DNA of 64,000 nucleotides from an uncultured Acidimicrobiaceae bacterium (lineage in GTDB: Bacteria > Actinomycetota > Acidimicrobiia > Spongiisociales > UBA5794): positions 52,549 to 116,548 of the forward strand of contig CAYLVM010000001.1 of NCBI GenBank assembly GCA_964387145.1, in the 5' to 3' direction. Numbering within the stretch: the first letter of the stretch is position 1; each line of letters begins with the position of its first letter. A program made the position numbers and the translations under genes. The notes beneath the pieces were generated by a model. The model was not told where the DNA came from. It did no database searches and saw only the letters and a list, made by a program, of their open reading frames with translations. This document shows, piece after piece, positions 1 through 6,778 of this stretch.

Positions 1-617
1 TGAGCTTCGGAACCTACGAGCAGCGCGACCGGCGTCGGTGAGTTGCCGGGTGCCTTCCCCCCGTCGACGACGGTCGCGACGATCGTGAGGGTGTGTTCGT
101 GCAAACTTGTGACCGGATCGTCGAGGACGGTGAGCCGAGCGCGGCTATGTGCACCTGCACCCGCCCGGATCACTTTCGGAGACCAGAGGTCTGCGGTGCT
201 TCCCGTGGCAGCGACGTCCCAGCCGAGAGCGGTGGCAGTTCGGATCATCGTTCCGACGTTGCCGGGGTCAGCAACGTCGACGAGGACGAGCGTGTCATGT
301 TCCCGCAGGCCCACCGGGTCCGGGGTTCGGATCACAGCGACGGGACTCTGGGGTGTGCGTGTATCGGACGCGACGGACAGTACGTTCTCCGTGACGAGCG
401 TGAACGGGATGTTCGAACCGTGACACGCATCGATCGTCGCGACGTCGTCGGGTGTGCACAGAACGGTCTTGGGGGCGAACCCTTCAGCCAGGAAGTCGGC
501 GAAGACCACCGGTCCTTCGATCAGCGTTTCGCTCCGGGCTCTGCGCTCCTTTGCGCGGTGAAGCCCACGGATCGCCTTGATCCGGGGATTCGCCGTCGAT
601 GTGATGACCTCAAGCAT
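1..617 (-). CDS. TrmH/SpoU-family RNA 2'-O-methyltransferase (TsnR-like), 3' part truncated by the window edge
   Basis: The reverse-strand translation from ATG at 617 reads MLEVITSTANPRIKAIRGLH...DVADPGNVGTMIRTA...LWSPKVIRAGAGA, matching SpoU/TrmH motifs. It is missing from the ORF track because there is no stop codon inside the window. It lies downstream of rplT, as tsnR does in mycobacteria. Confidence 0.8.
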   Translation of the reverse strand, partial: MLEVITSTANPRIKAIRGLHRAKERRARSETLIEGPVVFADFLAEGFAPKTVLCTPDDVATIDACHGSNIPFTLVTENVLSVASDTRTPQSPVAVIRTPDPVGLREHDTLVLVDVADPGNVGTMIRTATALGWDVAATGSTADLWSPKVIRAGAGAHSRARLTVLDDPVTSLHEHTLTIVATVVDGGKAPGNSPTPVALLVGSEA

Positions 618-629
618 GAGATCTGGCGT

Positions 630-671
630 CTGGCGCTGATATGGCTCGTATACGGGCTGTATCAGCGCCAG
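630..671. repeat. 42-nt palindromic hairpin element, copy A (CTGGCGCTGATA...TATCAGCGCCAG), in the rplT-trmH spacer
   Basis: 12-bp perfect arms with a wobble-paired inner stem. A second copy with covarying arms lies at 49137-49178. Both share the left flank GGCGTCTGGCGC. Confidence 0.7.
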
Positions 672-682
672 ACACCAGGGGG

Positions 683-1045
683 TTAGGCGTCAGCTGTGGC
701 GTTGCTTGCCACGGTGACGAGGGCGGCGAACGCCTCAGGGTCGTTGACGGCCATCTCTGCGAGCATCTTGCGGTCGACGTCGATGTCGGCAGCCTTGAGA
801 CCGGCCATGAACTTCGAGTACGTCGTTCCGTTGATCCGGGCCGCAGCGTTGATGCGCTGGATCCACAGACGACGGAACTGGCCTTTGCGCGCACGACGAT
901 GGTCGTACGAGTCCTGCATTGCATGCATGACTTGCTCACGAGCGGCACGGTAGCGCCGACTTCTGGCCCCGGTATACCCGGAGGCCCGGTCCATTACTTT
1001 CTTGCGCTTCTTCCGCGCGTTCACAGATCGTTTCACACGAGCCAT
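683..1045 (-). CDS. rplT: 50S ribosomal protein L20
   Basis: [17 protein letters not shown]... has the typical L20 N-terminus. It is the last gene of the infC-rpmI-rplT operon. Confidence 0.95.
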   Translation of the reverse strand: MARVKRSVNARKKRKKVMDRASGYTGARSRRYRAAREQVMHAMQDSYDHRRARKGQFRRLWIQRINAAARINGTTYSKFMAGLKAADIDVDRKMLAEMAVNDPEAFAALVTVASNATADA

Positions 1046-1054
1046 GGGAGCCTC

Positions 1055-1249
1055 CTAGCTATTCAGCAGTTTGTCGACGCGCTTGGCGTCCCCACCGCTG
1101 AGGGTTCCGGTGCCCTTGACGCGACGCCAACGGGCAGAGGTCTTCTTGTGGCGGTTGTGTCCACGCCAAGCCTTGCGGTGCATGATCTTTCCGCTACCCG
1201 TGCGTTTGAAACGCTTGGCAGCACCTTTGTGCGTTTTCATCTTGGGCAC
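1055..1249 (-). CDS. rpmI: 50S ribosomal protein L35
   Basis: MPKMKTHKGAAKRFKRTGSGKIMHRKA... is 64 aa, basic, and matches the L35 signature. Confidence 0.95.
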   Translation of the reverse strand: MPKMKTHKGAAKRFKRTGSGKIMHRKAWRGHNRHKKTSARWRRVKGTGTLSGGDAKRVDKLLNS

Positions 1250-1286
1250 AGTGTTCTCCTGTCATCCAGATGACGAGCGTCGGGGA

Positions 1287-1832
1287 CTACTCGTCGTCTG
1301 CTTCAGTTTCTCTCTCGGCGGGAATGTCCTTCGCCGGGACGAGGACCATCGTCATGTTCCGCCCTTCGAGGCGTGGCATGGTCTCGATCTCCGCGTAGTC
1401 CTCAACGTCTTCGTAGAGCCGCTGAAGAATGTTGCGTCCGAGCTCGGGGTGAGCAACCTCGCGGCCACGAAAGCGCATCGTGCACTTGACCTTGTCACCT
1501 TGCCTGAGGAACTTCACGACACGCTTTCGTTTCACCTCGTAGTCGCTGGCTCCGATCTTGGGTCGGAACTGCACCTCTTTGATGACCGTTCGTGTCTGGT
1601 TCTTCCTGGCTTCACGTGCTTTGACAGACTGGTCGTACTTGTACTTGCCATAGTCCATCATCCGCACGACCGGAGGTCGAGCATCCGGGGCGACCTCGAC
1701 GAGGTCGAGTCCTAGCTGCGCGGCGAGCCATCGTGCTTCGTCGATGTCCTTCTCGCCGATCTGACCGCCGTCTGGTGCAATGAGTCGCACGCGCTTGACG
1801 CGGATTCGTTCGTTCACCCGTGGCTCCGCGAT
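1287..1832 (-). CDS. infC: Translation initiation factor IF-3
   Basis: [22 protein letters not shown]...[11 protein letters not shown] closely matches mycobacterial IF3. The ORF track starts at GTG 1817. An in-frame AUC at 1832 sits 7 nt after an AGGAGG Shine-Dalgarno, suggesting the non-canonical start typical of infC. Confidence 0.85.
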   Translation of the reverse strand: MAEPRVNERIRVKRVRLIAPDGGQIGEKDIDEARWLAAQLGLDLVEVAPDARPPVVRMMDYGKYKYDQSVKAREARKNQTRTVIKEVQFRPKIGASDYEVKRKRVVKFLRQGDKVKCTMRFRGREVAHPELGRNILQRLYEDVEDYAEIETMPRLEGRNMTMVLVPAKDIPAERETEADDE

Positions 1833-1990
1833 GGGAGTACCTCCTGATCCGTGGTTTCCCGCCGAGGAAGTCGCCTACAAGAACGAAGGCAGCGCGACGT
1901 ACGCTGCGCGAAGTTCGACCTGACACACCTCGATACGGTGGAAAGGTGGGAAGCAGGCGCCTCCTCTTGCGTCGTTTGTGGCCGTAATAG

Positions 1991-2134
1991 TACCTGGTAT
2001 CTGGTACTTAGTACATGGAGGATCGCCCGATGGGCGGATTCGGTTGCTGGGTTCACAGCTCACAGTTCACAGTCGGAAACCCGGACGATTCCTGGATGAC
2101 CAACTGCTACAGGTAAACGGAGAACGACCGCTCC
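1991..2134. repeat. Structured intergenic element E1 (TGGTAYT heptamers plus a conserved ~120-nt core), between the ribH stop and the infC start
   Basis: Shares its core with E2 at 23940-24070: GATCGCCCGATGGGCGGATTCGG / TTCACAG repeats / CGGAAACCCGG / GGTAAACGGAGAACGACCGCTCC. Compensatory substitutions occur in the stems. A diverged inverted copy lies at 5624-5846. Confidence 0.7.
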
Positions 2135-2149
2135 CCGTGCGCGCATCCT

Positions 2150-2620
2150 CTAGGTATCGCGAATAGCCTGGAGCGTTCGTGTCGCGACAACGACGGCTTC
2201 CGCCGCTTCCCGGCCCTTGTTGTCCGGCCCCGGCTGGGAGCGGACCAGGGCATCGTGTGCGTTTCTCACGGTGAGGATCCCGAACGCCATCGGGACACCG
2301 GTATCGAGTTGGGCCCGCATGATGCCCTCCGATGCTCTGTGTGCAATGTGCTCGTAGTGGTCGGTGTCGCCTTCAATCACGGCACCGAGACACACGACGG
2401 CGTCGTAGCCGCGTTGGGCGACAGCGAGAGCGGCCAGCGGCAGTTCGAAGGCGCCGGGCACGTCGACGCTGAGGATCTCTGTTGCATTCGCGGCTTCGAG
2501 GAAGGCGAGCGCGCCCTCCTTGAGCCCGGTCGTGACCACCGCGTTGAACGATGCCGTGACGACGGCGACCCGCAGACCCTCGGCGCTGACGCCTGTGTCG
2601 GCTTGTTCATCGATCCGCAT
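2150..2620 (-). CDS. ribH: 6,7-dimethyl-8-ribityllumazine synthase
   Basis: LRVAVVTASFNAVVTTGL...YDAVVCLGAVIEGDTDHYEHIA is the lumazine synthase fold. The real start is the internal ATG at 2620; the track ORF 2150..2944 is over-extended. Confidence 0.9.
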   Translation of the reverse strand: MRIDEQADTGVSAEGLRVAVVTASFNAVVTTGLKEGALAFLEAANATEILSVDVPGAFELPLAALAVAQRGYDAVVCLGAVIEGDTDHYEHIAHRASEGIMRAQLDTGVPMAFGILTVRNAHDALVRSQPGPDNKGREAAEAVVVATRTLQAIRDT

Positions 2621-3827
2621 GTGTCGCCCCTGTCGTGATATGACCCATTCGCTCCGCTTTCGTCGTGAGGTAGTCGTGGTTCTCGGCGGTCTCCCCCACC
2701 CAGATGGATTCACGTTCGACGACATCGACGCCGTAGCGTTGTAGTTGGGCGATCTTGTCCGGGTTGTTCGTGAGGAGCCGGACCGATGCGATACCGAGGT
2801 CGTGAAGGATCTGAGCGTCGACACCGTAGTGGCGTGCATCGTCGGCGTGCCCGATCTGGCGGTTGGCGTCCACGGTATCGAGTCCTTGCTCCTGAAGGTC
2901 GTAGGCTGCGATCTTGTCGAGGATCCCGATCCCTCTGCCTTCATGGGCGGCGTTGTACACGATCACACCCTCACCGGCCTCGGATATGAGTCGCATGGCC
3001 TCGTTGAGCTGGGAACCACAGTCGCAGCGAAGCGAACCGAAAACGTCACCGGTCAAACACACGGAGTGAATCCGGGTGAGAACGTTCTCTCTCCCGTCGA
3101 GAGAACCCATCGTCAACGCAACATGAGGGCTGTCATCGGTCTGGGCCTGATAGCCGATCAAGGTGAACTCACCGTAGCGGGTCGGAAGCGTGGCTTGGGA
3201 CTGGCGCCTCACGAGGTTCTCGGTCCTCCACCGATAGGCGACGAGGTCGTCGATCGAGATCATGACCATGTCATGGTCTCGCGCGAACTCCATCAGCGTC
3301 TCTCCGCGCGCCATCGTCCCGTCGTCGTTGACGATCTCACACAGCACACCAGCAGGAAAGAGGCCACACAGCCTGGCAAGGTCGACTGCTGCCTCCGTAT
3401 GGCCCTGGCGAGAGAGGACACCGCCTTCGAGGCTACGCAGCGGAAAGATGTGCCCTGGTCGACTGAAGTCGGACGGCTTGGCAGAGGGATCGACAACGGC
3501 TCGGATCGTTCGCGCACGGTCGGGGGCGGAGATGCCCGTTGTGGTGCCCTTCAGATAGTCGATCGACACCGTGAACGCCGTGTTGTGAGCTTCGGTGTTG
3601 TCGATCACCATCAGTGGCAACTCGAGCTCGTCGAGTCGCTCCCCGGTGGTGGGAAGACATATCAGGCCCGATGTGTAGCGAACCATGAAGGCGATACGCT
3701 CCGGCGTGACCTTCTCAGCAGCGATGATCAGGTCACCCTCGTTCTCTCGATCCTCGTTGTCGACGACGAGAACGAACTCGCCGCGACGCATAGCGTCGAG
3801 TGCTTCGGGGATCGTCGCGAGCTTCAT
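2607..3827 (-). CDS. ribBA: Bifunctional 3,4-dihydroxy-2-butanone-4-phosphate synthase / GTP cyclohydrolase II
   Basis: The N-terminal DHBP synthase part reads [17 protein letters not shown] and the C-terminal GTP cyclohydrolase II part reads CDCGSQL...[11 protein letters not shown]. Confidence 0.95.
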   Translation of the reverse strand: MKLATIPEALDAMRRGEFVLVVDNEDRENEGDLIIAAEKVTPERIAFMVRYTSGLICLPTTGERLDELELPLMVIDNTEAHNTAFTVSIDYLKGTTTGISAPDRARTIRAVVDPSAKPSDFSRPGHIFPLRSLEGGVLSRQGHTEAAVDLARLCGLFPAGVLCEIVNDDGTMARGETLMEFARDHDMVMISIDDLVAYRWRTENLVRRQSQATLPTRYGEFTLIGYQAQTDDSPHVALTMGSLDGRENVLTRIHSVCLTGDVFGSLRCDCGSQLNEAMRLISEAGEGVIVYNAAHEGRGIGILDKIAAYDLQEQGLDTVDANRQIGHADDARHYGVDAQILHDLGIASVRLLTNNPDKIAQLQRYGVDVVERESIWVGETAENHDYLTTKAERMGHITTGATHADR

Positions 3828-4432
3828 CGTGACGCTCCGATCATGCGTTCGACGTACTTGGCGATGACGTCGACTTCCAGGTTGACGGCGGTACCGGGCT
3901 GTGCTTCACCGAGCACGGTCACGGCAAGCGTGTGCGGGATCAGGACGATCTCGAACCATTGTGTGGGTTCTCCTGGGTCGCTGACCGCCGTGACGGTGAG
4001 GCTCGTACCGTCCACGGTGATCGAGCCCTTCTCGACCACGTAGCGCCCGAGTGCCTGGGGGAACTCGATGTGCATGCGCGATGCGTCTCCTTCCGCTTCG
4101 ATCGAACGGACGTACCCGACGCCATCGACGTGGCCTTGCACGATGTGGCCGTCGAATCGGCCTTCAGCGGGCATCGGTCGCTCGAGGTTCACCGAGTCAC
4201 ATGCCGTGAGCGATCCGATCGTGGTGCGTTCGAGTGTCTCTTGGACGGCGTCGACCGTGAACGATCCTTCTCCGCGTTTCGTCACGGTGAGACAGACCCC
4301 GTTGACCGAGACCGAATCCCCGATACCGAGTCCCGTGAGGCTGGACGATGCGTCGATCGTCACCTTCCGGCCCTTGGGGATGTCCGCGATCAGGGTGACC
4401 GTTCCGAGTTCGGAGACGATTCCGGTGAACAT
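3824..4432 (-). CDS. ribE: Riboflavin synthase alpha subunit
   Basis: [12 protein letters not shown]...VNGVCLTVT / two lumazine-binding repeats. Confidence 0.92.
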   Translation of the reverse strand: MFTGIVSELGTVTLIADIPKGRKVTIDASSSLTGLGIGDSVSVNGVCLTVTKRGEGSFTVDAVQETLERTTIGSLTACDSVNLERPMPAEGRFDGHIVQGHVDGVGYVRSIEAEGDASRMHIEFPQALGRYVVEKGSITVDGTSLTVTAVSDPGEPTQWFEIVLIPHTLAVTVLGEAQPGTAVNLEVDVIAKYVERMIGASR

Positions 4433-5478
4433 CAGTTCCTACCTCCTAGATGAGCGATGATCCTGACGTCAGAGCCGATGCTGCGAACGTCGGTGATCTC
4501 GAGTGGTATCGCCTCGGCGATCGTTGCGAACACCCCTCCGACTGCTGGAAGGCCGGTCCCGGCTGCGAGTTTCGCTCCGATGTAGACGACGAGTTCATCG
4601 ACCTCACCCGAGTCGAGAAAGGATCGAGCGATCCTGGCTCCACCTTCGACGAGCACCGAGCGGATCCCTTCATCACCCAGGCGATCGAGTACTCCCTCGA
4701 TAGCAGCTCCCGATGCCTCGGTTCCTTGGATCACGAGCGGGTTCCGTTCCGAGAGACGTGCCATCGCGGGAAGCTCGGAAGATCCCTTGAGTATCACCGG
4801 CCTCGGCTGCGGGCCGTCGTACCCATCGAGGCGAACGGTGAGTTGGGGGTCGTCGTTGCGCAGCGTCCCAGCGCCGACGAGAACCGCGTCGTGGGCCGCA
4901 CGGAGCCGATGGGCATCTCGACGTGCCGGGAGTTGGGTGATCCACTGCGACGTGGTGTCTGCTGCAGCGATCTGGCCGTCGAGGGTCATCGCGAGTTTCA
5001 GTGTCACGAAGGGTGTGCCGGCGCGCCGGTTCGCGAAGTACACGGGGTCGTTCGCCTCGATGACAGGTGACAGGTCGCTCTCGATGACGTCGATACCTGC
5101 ATCTCGGAGGCGTGTGATCCCAGCACCGCGAACCTGTGCGTCGGGATCGCGAGTTCCCACGATGACCCGTGAGATCCCTGCGTCGATGATGGCATCGGTG
5201 CATGGCGGTGTTCGACCGTGGTGGTCGCATGGCTCGAGGGTCACGATCATCGTGTGGCCCGAAACGTCGTCGAGGCCTTCGAGCGCGAGCCGCTCGGCGT
5301 GGGGTGTTCCGGGTCCCTCGTGGGCCGCGACCGAGAGAACCGCACCCTGGGGGTTGACGATGACGGCACCGACCCGTGGATTGGGATGCGGAAGCGTCGT
5401 TGCAGTTGCCTGCAACGCACGACGCATCAACTGATCCACGTCCGTGCCGTCGAGTTGGTTGTCGACAGCGCGACGCAT
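4432..5478 (-). CDS. ribD: Bifunctional diaminohydroxyphosphoribosylaminopyrimidine deaminase / 5-amino-6-(5-phosphoribosylamino)uracil reductase
   Basis: The deaminase part reads HAERLALEG...TLEPCDHHGRTPPC and the reductase domain follows. The true start ATG at 5478 (MRRAVDNQ) sits directly after the FMN riboswitch; the track ORF is extended to 5682. Confidence 0.9.
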   Translation of the reverse strand: MRRAVDNQLDGTDVDQLMRRALQATATTLPHPNPRVGAVIVNPQGAVLSVAAHEGPGTPHAERLALEGLDDVSGHTMIVTLEPCDHHGRTPPCTDAIIDAGISRVIVGTRDPDAQVRGAGITRLRDAGIDVIESDLSPVIEANDPVYFANRRAGTPFVTLKLAMTLDGQIAAADTTSQWITQLPARRDAHRLRAAHDAVLVGAGTLRNDDPQLTVRLDGYDGPQPRPVILKGSSELPAMARLSERNPLVIQGTEASGAAIEGVLDRLGDEGIRSVLVEGGARIARSFLDSGEVDELVVYIGAKLAAGTGLPAVGGVFATIAEAIPLEITDVRSIGSDVRIIAHLGGRN

Positions 5479-5485
5479 CAAGCGT

Positions 5486-5603
5486 CCCCTTTCTTCCATC
5501 CGGACTTTCACCGTCGACTCCGGATTTCCACCGGATCGGCCCCGTAGTGGGGTTCGCGGGCTTTGACCGCCGGTCGGGAGTTGCTCCCTGCCCCGAAAGA
5601 GGT
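5486..5603 (-). promoter_or_regulatory. FMN riboswitch (RFN element) in the ribD leader
   Basis: The minus-strand RNA reads CUUUCGGGGCAGGGAGCAACUCCCGACCGGCGGUCAAAGCCCGCGA...GGUGGAAAUCCGGAGUCGACGGUGAAAGUCCGGAUGGAAGAAAGGGG. This matches the conserved FMN aptamer blocks. The ribD Shine-Dalgarno AAAGGGGA lies in the 3' strand of P1. Confidence 0.9.
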
Positions 5604-5623
5604 ATGTGGCACATACGGTAGTG

Positions 5624-5846
5624 CCTGGTACTTGGTATCCGGAACCCGGAAGAGAGCAACCCGACCGAGCGCGGAGTGCCAAGGCGACGGGCGAAGAGGG
5701 AGCAGTTGTCCTCCGTTCACCACTTACCGAGAGAAGCGGAACGTTCAGGAACAGTCAGGTGTCCCGGCTGCGAGCTGTCGACCCGCCGACCGGGTCCCCT
5801 GAGCCTCCAAGTACCAAATACCAAGTACCAAATACCAAGTACCAGG
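5624..5846. mobile_element. MITE-like element E3 with perfect 15-bp terminal inverted repeats (CCTGGTACTTGGTAT) and an internal TGGTAYT/14-nt tandem array
   Basis: The left TIR at 5624-5638 equals the reverse complement of 5832-5846. The internal GGAGCAGTTGTCCTCCGTTCACCACTTACCG block resembles the reverse complement of the 3' ends of E1 and E2. It sits 5 nt after the GGDEF gene stop and immediately upstream of the FMN riboswitch. Confidence 0.6.
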
Positions 5847-5851
5847 TACCT

Positions 5852-6778
5852 CTACGTCCGCCTATCCACCTGGTAGTTCGTGCCGGGGGTTCGCTTCGCG
5901 ACTTCCTTCATCTCGGATGCCACTGCAGAAGCTTCCCACTCGCTCGAAAGGCTCTTGTGTTCCGCCGTGGCGACACCCATCGAGAGAGAACAGATCGGGA
6001 ACGCGTGCCGCTCTCCCCTTCTGTCTGTCACCTCGATGTAGCCCTGGAGTGCATCGGCTGTGTCATAGTGTTCGAGGATGCCGTCGTCGAACGTCACGAC
6101 GACCTCATCACAGAACGGCTTCATGTTCTCGGCTCGTACGATGGCGACGAAGTCGTCACCACCGACGTGACCGATGAACGCATCCTGCTCCCCCGCAACA
6201 GCAGCCGCATTCAGCAGCACTTTTGCAGTGAACTTGATGACCAGGTCCCCTCGCATGAATCCGTAGTGGTCGTTGAATGCCTTGAAGTTGTCGAGGTCGG
6301 CGTGGACGAGAGCGAACGGATCTCCCTGTGCCACGCGGTCTTCGAGCTCGGCCGCGATGCGAAAGTTCCCGGGCAGGCCGGTCAGTGGGGAGAGATCGCG
6401 CATCTGTTGGGATCGCCGCAACACGGTCTTGACCCTCGCGATCAACTCTTCGAGGTCGAACGGTTTGGTGATGTAGTCGTCTGCGCCGAGGTCGAGGCCC
6501 CGCACACGGTCCTCAGCGAGACTCCTTGCCGTGAGGACGATGACCGGGATATTCGCCGTGGGCGGATCGCTGCGCATGCGCCTCAGGACGGTGAGTCCGT
6601 CGATCTCTGGCATCATCACGTCAAGAAGCATCAGATCCGGGGGGGCCGCTGCTGCCTTCTCGAGGGCCTCTCTGCCGCCGCCTGCGAGTTCGACCTCATA
6701 GCCGTCGAGTTCGAGGTTCAAACGCACGAACTGGAGAATGTCGGGGTCGTCATCCACGATGAGAATCCGCTCAGCCAT
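5852..6778 (-). CDS. Response regulator with receiver domain plus GGDEF (diguanylate cyclase-like) domain, PleD-like
   Basis: The REC domain reads ILIVDDDPDIL...LMLLDVMMPEIDG...TKPF. The GGDEF domain reads DLDNFKAFNDHYGFMRGDLV...HVGGDDFVAIV, so the signature is GGDDF. No histidine kinase is adjacent. Confidence 0.85.
   Translation of the reverse strand: MAERILIVDDDPDILQFVRLNLELDGYEVELAGGGREALEKAAAAPPDLMLLDVMMPEIDGLTVLRRMRSDPPTANIPVIVLTARSLAEDRVRGLDLGADDYITKPFDLEELIARVKTVLRRSQQMRDLSPLTGLPGNFRIAAELEDRVAQGDPFALVHADLDNFKAFNDHYGFMRGDLVIKFTAKVLLNAAAVAGEQDAFIGHVGGDDFVAIVRAENMKPFCDEVVVTFDDGILEHYDTADALQGYIEVTDRRGERHAFPICSLSMGVATAEHKSLSSEWEASAVASEMKEVAKRTPGTNYQVDRRT

Noticed and set aside
93-686. Plus-strand ORFs of 126, 197 and 81 aa at the left edge
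   Set aside because: They are antisense to the edge-truncated TrmH/SpoU methyltransferase, which has clear motifs on the minus strand.
1991-2134. E1 as an L20-binding autoregulatory leader of the infC-rpmI-rplT operon
   Set aside because: A near-identical element, E2, sits upstream of the unrelated pyrR operon. A diverged copy, E3, sits upstream of ribD. The element is therefore a dispersed repeat or ncRNA family, not an operon-specific r-protein leader.
2745-4043. 432-aa plus-strand ORF
   Set aside because: It is entirely antisense to ribBA and ribE, which have unmistakable homology. This is typical of the long spurious ORFs found in high-GC DNA.
4673-5659. 328-aa Arg-rich minus-strand ORF
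   Set aside because: It is an alternate frame of ribD that runs through the FMN riboswitch. Its extreme Arg/Pro composition is the signature of an out-of-frame GC-rich ORF.
5479-5682. N-terminal extensions of track ORFs for ribD, ribH, fmt, gmk, carB, pyrR, efp, aroC, hisS, thrS and the PIM acyltransferase
   Set aside because: Homology begins at internal Met, GTG or TTG codons, which often overlap the upstream stop. In ribD and pyrR the extensions overlap cis-regulatory RNAs.
5807-5850. Possible CRISPR array
   Set aside because: It has only about 3 copies of a 14-nt unit with no spacers, which is far too short. It is a simple tandem repeat inside the MITE-like element.
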